64,000 nucleotides of DNA from Eukaryota sp. GEM-RC1 (GCA_040285855.1 JAUFOQ010000002.1:1488001-1552000), one strand, 5' to 3'; shown: positions 12,110 to 26,549, counted from the first letter of the stretch. Translations and numbers: made by a program. The notes: generated by a model not told the origin, from the letters alone.

Positions 12110-14643
12110 TATAGATGGGAGCCGGCTCAAATTTTGCTCACGGCTCAGCTGCAGGTACTAGTTAGCCGGCTATGGCTTCCAACATTGTTTAGCCGGCTTA
12201 AGCCGGCTTAAGCCGGCTCAGCCGCAATGAGTTTGATGTAGATTTATTATTTAACTGTTTTGTCAAAGCATATGCTTTCAGTGTCTTCTCTTTGATAGAT
12301 TTGTTTTATGTGGTTCATCTAGATTATTGTTATACATAAATTCTCAATTATTGCTACTCTACTCATCGTCCTTCTGATCTTCTTCGTTCAAAAGCCAGCA
12401 CCGCAAACACATTAATGCAGTTACCGTGGTGTCATCTAACCGGGAACGCTTCTTAGTTATTACATTACCAGTTTGTGAAAACAATCGTTCACTACTAACG
12501 GAGGTCGCTTGAACAGCTAACATATCCCTTGCAAATTTGCTCATCAGAGGAAAGTTTTCAGAGTTTACTCTCCACCAATCTAAGGTATTGTCATTCTCGG
12601 CCAAAAACATAGAAAGATACGTATCTAACTCCTTTTCAACTGATAGATCCTCATATTCAGAACTTTCATCTGTGGTACTGTTCTGGGACACAGATTCTTT
12701 GATGATCTTAAGCTTAGCTCTGAAGGATTTGGTCTTCTTTCTCACTTCTCTCTCTCCATTTTCACTGCTATACTCTTCCTGAAGGCGTGTTAATAGCAGA
12801 TGTCTAACTTCCTGCAAGTTCACATGCGTTGGCCACATTAAAGGACTTAACTTGATAGACGGATCCATCACAGTTGCAATATTGGTCGTGTCATTCAGTA
12901 CATTGGCATCGTACTTAGCAATGATTTTCTTCATAAAGATGCTACAAAAACCGGTTACTTTGTTTGGATATACCTCACTCAATTCCTGCATCTTTTTGTG
13001 CAGATCGGACTTCCGGCGAATATTCTCCAATTCTGCCAAATTGCTGTTTAGCACTCCTTGGCCAAATTTGGCAATTTCAACATCTAGCACTTCTTTTATG
13101 GTTTCCCAATACAGAATTGTATGGGAAATTGTCACGTCAGATGCCGATGAAAGATCGGTTGTGATATCATAGAATGGTTTCAACAGTTTCAACAGCTTTG
13201 ACAATGTTACTGTTTCAAAGTCAGATAATATTAGTTCAGTAATTTGCTCATTTTGTAAGAAGTAATTAATGATAGCCAACTGGTCGTGATACGTTTTTAG
13301 CATGAGACATGTGCTATTCCAGCGAGTTGGAACGTCAGAGGGAATTCTTTGAAATTTTTTGCCTGTGTCTTTGGCGCAAGTTTTGAGCTTTTCATTCAAT
13401 GAACTGGACATATGGGTTTTAGACGTCAATTTTTGAATCTTAAGTATACTGGCTTGTATAAAGGGCAATCCATTCTGGACCATGATGTTTAAAACATGAG
13501 CAAAGCATCGCTGATTTTCAGACCTTTCGTTCAGTAAATCAACTGCATTCACAATGTTCCCAGCATTGTCAGTTGTCCATGATTGTGTCTTGGTTTGAAG
13601 CCCATAATCAGCAATAATGGTGTTCAGTTTCGCCGAAATCATTTCTGCGGTATGCGGAAAAGTCAAATAAGAGATATCGAGAGTGCATGTAAGTAGCTCA
13701 TATGCGTCATTAATGTAGTGGCCTACGACAGAAATATAGGGTGTCCCATTATTTGAAGTCCACAAATCAGACGTAAGAGACATCTTCGAAGTGTTAAGTG
13801 CCAGCGTTTCTTGAAGCAATAACTTTTTGTGCGAATAAATTCAATATCGTATCCGTAATCGTTTTTCTGCACGGTAGACTCACAGACGGTTCGTAAAACT
13901 GAAGGATCTTCAAGAGAGTTGGAGATTCAATGTACGACAATGGATGTTGATCAGCAAGGATATGATCAACAATGAGAGGAATTACTCCACTTGGATCTTT
14001 TTTGAAGGGGCGTTCTGTTGGATGAAGATATTCAGTTATTTGTCGACTCTTTTTAAGGGGAGGAACTTCAGATTCATAGAGCTTATTATGGTGCTTTCTC
14101 ACATGAGAACGCAAGTTACCTGTGGCTGTAGATGACTTGTAGCGCTTAGAGACACAAAATTTACATTCGATGGTTTCAGTACGCACTTCTATATCACCAT
14201 TTGGGAGTTTCTTGGCCGCCTGTTGGAAGAAAGGAGCAATATCTTTGGGAAGAGGCTTAAGGAGTTCTAAGGAAACTATGTCGTTGGAAGAGTTGCTTTG
14301 AGATACTTCTATAGGTTCTTCATTTTCAGAGACCAAAGTAATGTCCATTGCAAATTGATGTGAAGAATGTAAACTGCTGATTATTGTGCTAATGTTGATA
14401 AAGATTATTTTTATAGAAATTCTTTAGTTTTAATATTTAATGTCCTGCAATGTTATGTTTGTATCAATTCGTGAATGAATTATAAGTATTTCAGCTGTCA
14501 AAAATGAAATTTCAATAATCGGCTTGAGCCGGCTAAAAGTTATTTGAGCCAGCCGGCTTCAGCTGGAAAAATTTCAATTTGGGACAGCCGGCTGGCTCGG
14601 CTAGCCGGCTGAGCCGGCTAAATTTAGCCGGCTCCCATCTCTA
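12110..14643 (-). mobile_element. Full-length hAT (Ac-like) transposon
   Basis: 18-bp TIR TA(T/G)AGATGGGAGCCGGCT; 8-bp TSD ACTTTCTT (12102-12109, 14644-14651); AGCCGGCT subterminal palindromes. Confidence 0.95.
12359..14348 (-). CDS. hAT transposase with BED zinc finger (one frameshift near 13825)
   Basis: CKFC..TGNLRSHVRKHH (BED); TSDLWTS, TTDNAGN, RCFAH, PTRWNST, WWR..FPLMSKFARDML, SVSSERLFS. DDE triad and dimerization domain present. Confidence 0.93.
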
Positions 14644-17545
14644 ACTTTCTTACAGCTTTTTCTCAGACTGTTCACATCAAAATGCCTTCATATCCGTCTC
14701 TTCCTTGATCGTCTTATTAGGTAAACGTACGTATATTCTCAATAAATAGCTTGTGCTGAAAGTACCATCATCTCACACCGTCTTACATGTATCATATGAA
14801 GAACAGTGGTTCATGAACTGAACACGGGCACTGTTCACCCACGTCCGAGGTCAACGTCCACGAATTCGCACGTCATCTTGTTGAGATGCTTATCCCCGAC
14901 TTTGCTGATGGATATTCTGGTGCCGCTGTGAACAAACTGTTCCGCCATTTCTTCTCTGTGTTCAATCGCCACAACATTTACTTCGTCTTCTACTACACTA
15001 GTTTCACTTTCCGTGTCGATGAACAGCCTCCTCAGACCGAACGTGATGAGCAACCCAGTAAGCCACCGCGACTCGATAGACGCCAGAATCTTCCCAACCC
15101 TTACACAATAGACAACCATATGATCTGGTGTGCTCTCGATGTTAACGATCCCAAGAGAGAACACATGAACAAGGTGCAGTTTATCCCCAAGGGCAGTATA
15201 CCCCACCATATTGCTGAAGATGTTCGTCAGAATGACTCTCATGTTGCTTTCTCTCCTCAAATTCACTTCTTCTTCCACAAAGGATGCAGAGTTGCCTTTT
15301 TGAAGGTGATTTTGGCTTGAAGACTGCGTATAAGAAAATGACTGAGGGTGAAGATGCCTCTGTGTTGATATTCGATCAAACACGATTCTGTTCCTTTGAG
15401 AAGCTCATTGCCCTGTACTCAAGCAATCATTTCAAATGTCGTCAGTTTGCCCATGAACACTTCGAACAACACTACCGTCTTCTTACTCAATTCTATTCTG
15501 ACGTCTTGAACTTCTTGGAGTCTGATGAGAATATGTCTAAGTGGACTGACTTTCTGGCTAACAATCCTGAAGCTGATGCTGCTGTTCGCACTGTTAAGGA
15601 CCGCTATGACATATCAACTGAACTTCTAGATCCTGTCACTTATACTAGATCTTCTGATGTTTGCAGACTTCGACATGACAAATTTCACTCAAATACTGAA
15701 CTCGTAGAACCCATGTTTCATTTAGACCAGACGTTCTTTGAGGTTCCTGGATTCCGACGCCATTTCGACTCTCCTATTAAGTATGCTGCACATGGAATCC
15801 ACTTCCTCAGAGGTATCCAAAAACTTCGTGAATCCCAAGAGGACTATGCTATATCTGACGAATGCCTGGGTTTATTTGATAATGTTCTTGACCCTAAACA
15901 TCGGCAGCTGTTACTAGAAGGATCCAGATCTCCTGTTGAAATGCTCTTATCCATCATTGAAAGTTTCAGTGACCACCCTTATGGTAATGAATGGTCAACT
16001 TCTACTCCAGATATTCATCCAAGTTGGGTTGAGGTATTTGAAGGAGTTTGTGAAACTGAAAATACTGTATTTTTATTTTTTTTACTAATTCGATTCGTCA
16101 ATCAACGTCGGTTGTTCTTAACTGAATATCGTGAAACTTACACCAAACTTCGGTTTGTGGATGTTGTTCTCATGGCAATCTCCTTCATTTTCCCTCTAAG
16201 TGGATATTCCTTTGGTAATACTGGGGAAGACCAATACTACGATTCCACTGTTGGTTGTTTAGACAGTTTTCATCGGAAAACTCTCTTATGTTCAATGATG
16301 GATTCCATGTTTAATTTGTTGAGTTCATTTGGTATTGGGAACATGGTTCGTCATCTTGCTCTCTATAATTCTCGACTTTTCATTTTCCTTTCTGAAATTT
16401 GGAACAAGAATGCCTCTTCTGATGATACCCAAGATTCTTTTGAAATTCTATCTCTACTAGAAAAAAAAGACGGGACATTTGTTTGGTAATAACCTGCTGT
16501 TTTTACTCCTAGATTTCGCATCAATGCCAGATTTGTCAACACCTGCTTTTAATTCCAATTCTCGAAATACTTTAATGAATTTGTCCAGTGATTACTCACT
16601 GCTTGTCGACAATTCTCTTAGTGGAAGCCCTGTGCCACCACTTCCACTCCCTGAGGCTCTCATGAAGGATCTTCGGAAGGACTTGGTTGAAAAGTGTCTA
16701 GAAGTACTCAATCGTAATCCGGACCAAGCACCTCATTTCATTGCAATTCGTTGTTTTGATAAGCTTTGTTCTTGGCATCCTGTTGATGTTGTATGTAAGA
16801 TGTTCTTGAGATATCCATCGGGAATACGAAGTCTTAAGACATTGTCTCACATGTATCGAAAGAAGAAGGGAACTCTTAATGGAAAGAAGCGTATAGGAAC
16901 TGCAAATGCCATCAGTACTTTCCTTTCAGAGAACTTTTAAACAACACTTCATTTAATTGTATTGTACACTTTAATTGGTTGAGTGGAACTTTCTGTTCTG
17001 TTATATAAACTATCGTACCAATAACAATATTGGTACTGACAATGATAATCCACAACAATCTTAAAAGAAGAGCCTAGGTAACATTGTTGTATGTCTTGTT
17101 ACTTTCAAACCATGTTCTTTCCGACGTAGTATTCTAGCCACTCTGACTGGACAGGAAAAACATCTTTGCGGAGAAAGAATGCGGGGTTATTGATCTTACT
17201 GGAAAACTTATTCAACCAGTGTTTATCAATCATTAATTTTTTTTAAACATTGATGTTTATTAATGTAACATACTGAAAAAACTAAAATTTGAGAGGAAAG
17301 AGTTCATTTGCAACAATAAATTAATACATACAAATTCAGAATATGAAAGAAGTTAAATTCTCCACATCAACAACGAGAATTATCCCTATAAACTAAAATT
17401 TGATATCATTAAAACAACACCCGTCGCTATCAAATCTTACAACAGCTTTGTCCTCATAAAAGGAAATCAAAGCGAGAAAAGCTTTTGACATGATTAGGAG
17501 AATTGTTTTAAAATCAGTGAAAACGATACGACTCATACCGTATTA

Positions 17546-17885
17546 ATGATCAAACTGTTTGTTCATATATTTTACGATTATTTTATTAGTCCTGCTGGTG
17601 ATCAATTTCTCAAGGATTTCGACGAATTGTGTAAAGAAAAGAAGCGTAAGTTTAGAATGGCTGAATGGAAAAACCGTATGGTGTTTTCCATATATCGGAA
17701 TATGCCTTTCTATTTCTCTAGATTAATTGAGAAATTGTACAAGTTTGGTGTGAAGGTTAATGTTGATAAACGTAATCTTTTACCGGGTGGTGATGAATTT
17801 GTTTGAATTTAATCTTAGTATTATTTGTTTGTTTTTACAATTCCATAGTTTTGTAGGAAGGTTACCTTATTGGGTGCCGATTAAA
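17546..17885 (+). pseudogene. CRE-like RLE retrotransposon 3' remnant with 3' UTR
   Basis: FLKDFDELCKEKKRKFRMAEWKNRMVFSIYRNMP matches the C-terminus of 48161-48745; the downstream ~50-bp segment recurs at 4038-4086. Confidence 0.6.
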
Positions 17886-17961
17886 GAAATGGAATAGTTT
17901 TACGATTTTCCTAAAATCGTTTCTTCAATTAATTCCTCTTCCAGCAAATTGATCCATCCGT

Positions 17962-20900
17962 ATGGAAGCAACGCTTCCTAAACGAAAGACTTCTCGGAAA
18001 ACTAAGTCTAAAGCCCCAGTTCCTCAGTCTCCACCTCCTCCTGATACTGTCAGCTCTTCATCTTTTCAAAACAACCCCTCTCAACAAAAATCAACCTGTG
18101 ATTATACCACAAGACCATCAGGAGAAAGTAAATGATCTCAAACAACACTCTTCTGTTCAACAACAACCTCCTCCAGTAGCTGTCTATTCTTCTCGTACAC
18201 TAGAAGACTTAGAGGCTGCTCTCAATATCTCTACTACATCCCATGAATCAACAACCGATGTCACTCCTGTTTACAGTCTGGAAGACATCTCTGCTCCTGT
18301 CTACACTTCAATGTACGACCAACTGAACGATGATCTTATGCTTCCTCCTCCAATGGAAGAAGCTCCAATCGAAGAGGCTCCATCACAACTAGATGATGAT
18401 TACCACTCTCAACTCTCTGTTATAAAAGAAGAAACCCTTGACGAGTTACTTGATTCGATTTCTGATCTGACCAATCGTAATCTACCCTCAATTCTTTCTC
18501 ATCATTCTGTATTCTTTGAACTCATGACTCAGTTTGAGCGCTCTTATTTTGCTCTTTGTACTAAGTTTTCTGATCTTTGTCGTAATTTTAATGAGCTGCA
18601 AGATTCTTATAATAAGGTCTTTTACAAACACAAAAGTTCTTCCACCAGTTTAGCTTCATGTTCTTGTGGTAGGTCAACATCAGTTTCAGCTAGTTACAAA
18701 ATTTTAAAAATGGATAATGAAAAGTTGAGTTTAGTATCAAAAGGTTTAACTTCTTGTTTGAAGAATCTACGGGAGGACTTCATTCCTGCCAAAAACGACT
18801 TTGTTAAGCACAAGTTTAAAGTAGAGGAATATCTATTTAAAGCAGCGGTTGATCCATGGCCTTTCTGTCGAAGTACTGACCAATTTCAAGACATTCTGCC
18901 CGAGAACTCCATGGATTCAGCAGCTGAAAAGTCTGTTAAACACGTTCTTGATTGTCTGGCAATCGTAATCGGTTTCCTTTCCACTCATTTCAATCCATCT
19001 GATTCCTTTCCAGGGGTGATTATCTCAGAGTATGGACCAGTCCTAGAGAAGTTGTTTTCTTCTGAAATGTTTCCTTATCCAAGTGCAGCTCCTTTAAATG
19101 GTAAGATGCAGAATCTGTTCTCAATACATTGCCTGCAGTACTCCGACTTTCTTTCTCAAAAGGTGTTGAGTCAGACGTGCTTTCGTAATCATCGACAATT
19201 GATTGCGACTCTGAGTGCTTTGCCAGGACTGATTTCATATCACAAGAGTTCTCTTGGCTTCCCACTGTTCTCGTTAGTAACTGGTCAATTAGTTTCAGTT
19301 TCGGAAAGTAGTCACGTTTTTGGTCTGTTGAATTACTGTTTCTCAATTGCTCGGTATTATAGTGGAAAAGGAAAGTCTCTCGGTTCGATTGAAGATGATT
19401 TGGCAGTCGTTATTGACCGACTGCCTGTTGGATACGTAATCAGTCAATTGACTCTTCAATCAAATCAAGGGGGTCATTATCAATGGAAGACTTTCCTTGA
19501 GTTTCTTTTACAATCAATATCGGAACTATTTCAGTTACTTAGCCAATCAAAAACGTCACAGTCAGTTATTCATTCTATTGCTCGAATAGTCGTCTTCACT
19601 GCTTGTGCAGGACTTCAATCAATCAAATTTGATGGTTCTAGTCTAGTTATTAAGTGTGCAAAGGTTCTGTATGAATTTCCTTCTTGTTGGAGCTTTCTCC
19701 CAGCGCTTCCTTTAGACTCTCTCTCCAAGGAACACTCGTTCCAATTCCTGCATTTGATTTTGACTGGCCGAGAAAGCTGTGTTTCCACTGTAGAGTCGTT
19801 AGATCAATGGGTTGGGCTCAATATTACTCCAAATATTGGGATTTTTGAGGACCCACGAAGTGAGTTTTTGTTCTCTGTTTTGTTTGCTTTTATTGAGCGT
19901 CGAATTAAACCTATTTCAATTATTTGTTTTACAGAACTCTTTCGAATTGGTGTCGTGCTGCTAGAAAATGACTCTATTTTTAAAATTATTTTAAAATTCT
20001 TCCATGATATTTGCTGCCTAGATGAAGAGTTCCTGGTGGTTCTACTGACCCAGGTGATTAATAATTTAAATAATATTTCAGTTTCCAAGGCTGTTAACAT
20101 TGTCAGATCCTTGCCGATAATCAATAATTTCGCAATTATTCAAAAATTCCTCAACGTGATGTTTAACGACAAGAATTTTACTCTAGCAATATGTTTATTG
20201 GACAAACTAAACGTTTTTTCCTTTTCTAACGAAGCTAAACTGTCACTTTGCCTATGTTTGATTTCTAGTTATAGCAGTCTCCTATCAATCACGCCTGATT
20301 CTCTTGTTTCAGTTCTAATGTCTAATTCATTTTTTAATATTTTCGTAGTTTTGAAACAATTGAAAAACCACGTTTTTATTCATTCACTCCTTCTAATTTC
20401 AAAACTAATCTGTTATTGCTTCCTTCCTTCCAGCAATCAGTTGATCTCTGTTATTTACGATCAATCACCTTTGATTGAGAGAGAGACGTGGATTCAATCT
20501 CACGAATCAGAACTTCTTGAACTAATAGAAAAGCAAATCAACGCACCCTTTTCCCTACAATTCCTACTTAGACAAGGAATCCTGGCACTTCCCCTCTTCC
20601 CCTTCCTTATGCTCTTCAATTCCTTTAGTACCTCCAGTTCAGGACCCTTGTTCCTTAACTTCTGCTCTGGTCACTTCCTTGAGTTGTTGTCAGCTATTAA
20701 CCGAGCGGATATCGCAGAGGCCCTAGTTTGTTTAATTTTGACTTATTCTACTGAGTTTGTTAAGACTAGCTGTTACCCAAAGATTATCCATTATTTAGGC
20801 GAGGATCAGCAGACTCATTTAGCTAGTGTGGCTTTGTGTCGTGGGTCTTCTGAGTTCTTTCAATCAATTTTGAATATTGAAAAGTGGTATCGTAATTCAA

Positions 20901-23900
20901 ATATTCTAAGTTTTTTAAATTTGGTTGCTGGGATCGCACTAGCTAATCCTGAAACTCGATCAGTGATTTTTGATGCTATTTCCACATCAATTCCTTGGAA
21001 TTCTGATGAGCCGTTTGATTTAATTTTCCATCCACGAACCAAAGTTCTTAAAGCCAAAAGAAACCTGTCTTTTTCTAATTATCCTTGGTTTAACTTATTG
21101 ATTTTAGAGCACCAATTCTATAAGATTGAAGTCCCTAATTTGAAAATGATTTATCAAATGATAAATTCAGTCTCGGTTTCAAAGATTAGCCTGCTTTCTG
21201 CCAAGAATAGGAACTTTTACAATAGTTTAGAAGGACTGACATTGAATCACTCACTTGATCTCTTTTCTTCAATCAAAAATGATGAGTTTCTACTTGTTTT
21301 TCTGGCCAGTTTAATCACCAAGTCGTATTTGATTTATGGTCCCCAGTTGTGTTCTAAATTCTCCGATATCAAATCACAACATTCCAAGTATTCGAAAAAA
21401 TTATCAAAACTTTCAAATCTTTCCCTTTTCGATCAGCTAATTTCTATTCATTCATTTAGCACGTCTCCAATTGAAGACCTTCCTACAATTATTAATCAAT
21501 GGTTGCCTCATTCCTTTAGTTTCTACCCCAATCATTTAAAGACCAAGTTGACGTCAGCACTCAGTCAATCAGTTTCTAATGATCATCGAGATGAATCAGC
21601 TCAAAATCAAAAGTTACTGTTACTTTCGCAGAAGAGATCACGATTGGTGTCATTTGAATCAACCGTCCCTGATCTCCCCTTGATTACCTTCCAGAACAGC
21701 TGGTTGATGAGAAGTTTTGCTTTTTCACCGGACTTGATGACGCGAGGTGATTCAATCATCCACGATTTAATATTTGAAATAACAAGTGAATTAAAATCTC
21801 TTGGAACCAATTTCATTAGTTTGTCTGCTCTAAACAAAGAATTAATCGGTGAGTTAATCCCCTCCTTAATTAAGCAAAAGTCCTCCACTAAATCCTCCAC
21901 CAGTCTTTGTATTTGTGGGATGCCCGTTTCGGCCTCTGTTACAGTGTACGAATCTTATTATGATGAGACACAACAAAAATTACTTTTGGATAATAGAAGG
22001 AGAGGAAATGATAGTCTTGCATCCTTGTTGTTTACCGAGAAAGTTTCGTTTATGTTTACTTTTTTAAATTCTATTGTTGCTGAGCTGGCAGCCAAGGGAT
22101 CTGTTGAAGTCAATTTAAATGCTCTTCGGGCTTTAATTCAAGGACTATTGTCTTTCCATGAACAGTCTGTGTTCTTTGTTGTGTACACCAATATTTTAAA
22201 TATTTTAATGGATCGTTTTCGCTCAAACGAGTCAATTATTTCATTAATTTTGGAAATTCTGATTGCTTCTACACCTTCAGGACCCCTATTTGATTACCTT
22301 CTGTTTCATTTTGAGCCCCATTTATGTGACCAATCTTTCCCTTTCCTATATCAGAAAGTCTGCACCACTCAAGCTCACCTACGAATATTAATATTGTCAA
22401 AATTTAATTTTTCGGCCTTTTGTTCCATTGCTTCTCCTTCGTCTCTTCATCAAGCTCTAATGGTTTGCTTGTCAGTTTGTGATGTTCTTGAAGAAAGTCA
22501 TCACAAACAGTTTTTAACTATATTGTTCTCAACACTTGCCAGTCAAGATCCTTCGATTGTTCTTCGGTATCTGTTGATTGATGCTGATAGCGTGTCAGTT
22601 GCCTCTCTTGAGCTCTTTCTTAATCAAATGCAATCACGAAAGTCATCACGTTTCATTGTTGATTGTTCTAATATTGTTAATCGATACTTAACTACAATGG
22701 CCAACCACCACATTTCTAATCTGATTGTTGACGTTTTAGGTCCACGCCTGTCGGTTGCTGTCCTCAACCTAATTGAGTTTTTGATCGCTACTCTCAGTCA
22801 ATCACATACCCTTGATTTTCACAAGGATTTCCTTACTGTTTTAAATAATTGTCTAACTCCGTTCATTGGTCCTTCGCATGCTCTAAATATAGCTCAAACT
22901 TCTTCTTTAGAATTGGAATTTCACCATGTTTTTGAACTTTTAGGAAAAATTGTAACAATTGTCGGTGTTGATGTGATTGCTGTTGTCTTTCAGTATCTTT
23001 GTACAACTGTCTTTTCTCAACCTAATCCTCTTTCAAAGTCCATCATTTCTGTATTCTCCAGTAAGTTACCAGTAAAATACCCCTTTTCTAAAAATTTCAT
23101 TGATAATTTAATTTCTGTTTTGGACAGTATTGACACTACAAGTGCTTTTCTAATTTTAAAATCTGGAACTTTTGATGTTAATTTCACTAGTGATTCTTTG
23201 GCTTGTAAAAGGTTAATTACCCTATTTCACCGTTGTTTATCCACAAATACTTCTTTTGCTAGTGATTACCTAACTTTTGTTGATCATTTTGTCATGTCTT
23301 TTCTACCAAAGACTTCTGTTGAAGTCACAATACCATCCGACAACTTCAGAAACTTTGATTGCTTGTCAGCCTTTTCAATTCTCTTACTCCACATCAATTT
23401 TAATCACTCGGAAACAGTTTCCTTCGTCGTGAGCTCTTTCTCCGATCATCTTTCGTTGATTACGCCCTCTGACACGACTTCTTCCCTTTTAGCTATTCTA
23501 TTGCCTTTTCTGTTCCAATCTCTAGTAGTGAATGAGTTCCCGGGATCAAATGCTTTAATTATTAATATTTGTCAATTATTTGGAACCTCTTTATTTACTT
23601 TAAATTCCATTATGAAAGTCTTTGGAGAGAGTCTCGAAAGTTTATTGGATTATACCACGATTATTAAAATTTGTCAGCTTTTAGTTGCCCCTGCGTTGAT
23701 GTGTCGACGTCTTTCATCAAAGTTTCTTTCTCTTTTATTGAATCACATATTTAAAGGCGTTTTTTCTCATCAAAATTTAGTGTTCAACAAGAGTTCAATG
23801 TATTCCCACTTTAAAGCTGTAAATATTGAACAATCTGTCATCAACGATATTGCTGTTGTTTCAGCTGACGATGATCACGTTTTTTCTTTGGCTTTCCTGC

Positions 23901-24390
23901 TACTTTTAGCAGACAGTTTAAATTTTCTGAACCCTTCATTATTTCTTTCAGTTTCCAATTACATTTTGTCAACCCTAAGAAATGGAACTTTCGACATTTC
24001 AAGCTGTCACGTTTTCTGTCTCTTGAGTGATCAAAATTACCGTGACTTCCCAAGACTTCTTGAAGGGCTGAACTCTTTTATATCAACTGCTTTACCTTTT
24101 CTTGGACATGTTTCTGTTCTGAAAAAGTATTTACTAAGCATGTTTTACCATCAAATCTTCGTTTACTTGGATGTTGTTGTCTGTACCGATTAGGGTCGCA
24201 ATCAAACTCTTCGCATATGTCTGAAATTTCTAAGGAAATTAAAAAGGCTCTTTCGGGTAAACATTCATTTGCAGTTACATTTGATCAAGTAATTCAGAAT
24301 CTTAATGATAATCGTCTTTTACTATTGATTTCTCCTGATTTGCTACAAGACCAGCATAATACTTTTACCAGCATTAGCCAATTTATTTGA
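17962..24390 (+). CDS. Large alpha-helical protein, EPG5-like autophagy tether (tentative)
   Basis: 2031-aa ORF. It extends to ATG 17962 (basic N-terminus MEATLPKRKTSRKTKSK) and to TGA 24390 through single frameshifts. HFEP..FPFLYQKV..LILSKFNF and CG..S.SVTV..QQKLLLDNRR resemble EPG5 as recalled. Confidence 0.55.
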
Positions 24391-24567
24391 GTTTCACGAT
24401 GAATTTTGATTTCTTCATTTGAGAATTGTTTTCTCCATTGTTATTATTCTAACACGAATTACCATTGTAAATAGATTTTAACAAATCATAGATTTATAGT
24501 AATAGTTATTTCTAATTCAGACTAACACAGCACCTTTTCCCCAATTTGTACATAAACTTTACACATT

Positions 24568-26334
24568 CTATTCCCCTCTAAGCCAACAAAATCCATAATC
24601 AGGAAGTTCAACCTCAACAACTAACAAACTACCTTCAACCACACCCCTGGTATAATATTGAGATAACATATCTAAAAACAACTTGTTGCTGTAATCAGCT
24701 TCAGGTAACTCTGACAACTCAATGGAAAACTCAACCAATTGAGTAGATGAAGTCATATTACAACAACACAGTAAAACCCTCACCATCAAGGAAACGATAA
24801 AGAGCAAACACCGCATCACTGTTTCCTTCAGGAACTACATATCCACCACGACCAAAGACAGTAGACTTCTTCCTTGTTGATATCAGCCTCCTCATTTGGT
24901 TCAAAAGAGACGACTCAGACAGCTGTTGGACAGCCACTGAAGCATGATAAGGGCTTCCAGGACCACCTCCAACAACGTTAGCGTAAGGTCGTCTTGATTG
25001 AGAGAACCCAGCATTGGCTACACGAGGATCCCATTGGAAGGGAAGACGTTGGCCATCGCGATCTCTAAGGAAAAGGTTGTCACCTTGACCAATTTCATCA
25101 CCCTGTAATTAGAAATTTGAAATATTTTAAATATCATACATAATAAATAATTGGCGATCCCGGAAGTGAAAACATCAATGCATTCAACATCAAAATCTTA
25201 CGTACATCAAAATCACATATAGAAGCCAACCTTCTCCTAATCCCCAGGTTCTGTCGTTCTCTTGGTCCTTGAGCCAACACGGACCACATCCAATCTCTTT
25301 CCTCAGGGGGAAACCATCTCGAGAGTCAACTCGTCGTGGTTTCTAAGAAAGAGCATCCAGGAAGTGTTGAAGGGAATTTCAGGTGTATCGTTGAGGATCT
25401 GCTTAATGGCTGAGCACTCACCACGAACCATTGACATGAAGATTCTAGGCATTACTGGAAAGTGAAAAGCTGAGTGGAATTCAGGTTTGTCCGGGGTACC
25501 TAGGTACTGGACAACATCTCCTGGCATCATGTTTGCTTCACACAACAAAAACACATTAGGGAATTCATCTTCAACCATTTGCCTCATCTCCTGTAAAATT
25601 AAATGAGTTTCAGGTAAGTTCTCACAACTAGTGCCTTCCCGTTGAATCAAATAAGGCACAGCATCAACTCTGAATCCATCCACCCCCTTCCTACACCAGA
25701 ACTTTAAAGCATTGAACACTTCCTCCTTAACTTTAGGGTTGTCCCAATTCAAGTCAGGCTGACTACTGAAGAAGCGATGGAAGTAGTATTGTTTAGAAAC
25801 AGGATCCCAAGTCCAGTTAGAGGTTTCTGTATCACAAAAGATGATTCTAACTCCCTTGTACTTATCCTTCGAGTCAGACCACACATAGTAGTCTCTGTAG
25901 GGGGAGTTGGGATCAGATCTAGCTGCCTGGAACCAAGGATGTTGGTCAGAGGTGTGGTTGACAACGAAATCAACAATGACTTTGAGTCCAAAGTCATGTG
26001 CAGCACTAATGAAGCGGTCAAAGCTAGTGTGAGAGGTGAAGAGAGAAACCTACTCGTTTAGTGTACCGTAGTCAGGTTGGACGTTGAGGTAGTCAGCTAC
26101 GTCGTATCCATCATCAGCAAGGGGGCTTGGATAATGGGGAAGAAGCCAAAGGCAGGTTACCCCCAGGTGTTTAAGATAATGTAGTTTGGAGGTTAAGCCA
26201 ACAAAGTCCCCATTGCCATCTCCATTTGAATCTGAAAAGGCGCGGACATACAGTTCATAAAAGATAGCATCTTTGAACCAGAGTGGGTCAGGGGGAGCAG
26301 TAAGATCCAGTTTAGCAAGATTAGGGGTACTCAT
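24568..26334 (-). CDS. treS: Trehalose synthase / maltose alpha-D-glucosyltransferase (GH13, TreS)
   Basis: [110 protein letters not shown]. Introns 26024-26053 and 25103-25139; homopolymer frameshift near 25308 and another near 24790. Confidence 0.93.
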
Positions 26335-26549
26335 TAAAGGAAACGGTACAAGTGAAGGAATGAAAAAAAGTCAATCAATTCTCTTTATTCATTTTAACAT
26401 CAGAAGATTGATCACATATTAAGTAACTCTGAATCATCTGTCGTTCAGAACCCATTAGGATTGCAATGGTTTAATTATAATGAGTCAAAAATGGAGTTTA
26501 TACGTGCTAAACAATTTAAATGAAAATTTTAAAAGAAGAAGTTCCTGAT

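Larger units (their letters stand above)
10569..16940 (+). pseudogene. Gene of unknown function interrupted by two hAT insertions and several frameshifts
   Basis: Removing both hAT elements plus one TSD each restores an open frame (...PTTYCAFHPE-LHISQLS-YSFFSDCSHQNAF...). ORFs 14886-15320, 15284-16489 and 16479-16940 continue downstream. Confidence 0.5.

Noticed and set aside
10900..12211. Gly/Trp/Pro-rich ORFs 10900-11085 and 11936-12211
   Set aside because: These are translations of hAT subterminal GGGAGT repeats.
25300..25312. Programmed frameshifting in TreS and other genes
   Set aside because: Shifts fall in homopolymer runs across unrelated genes, as expected from long-read indel errors; this needs read-level checking.
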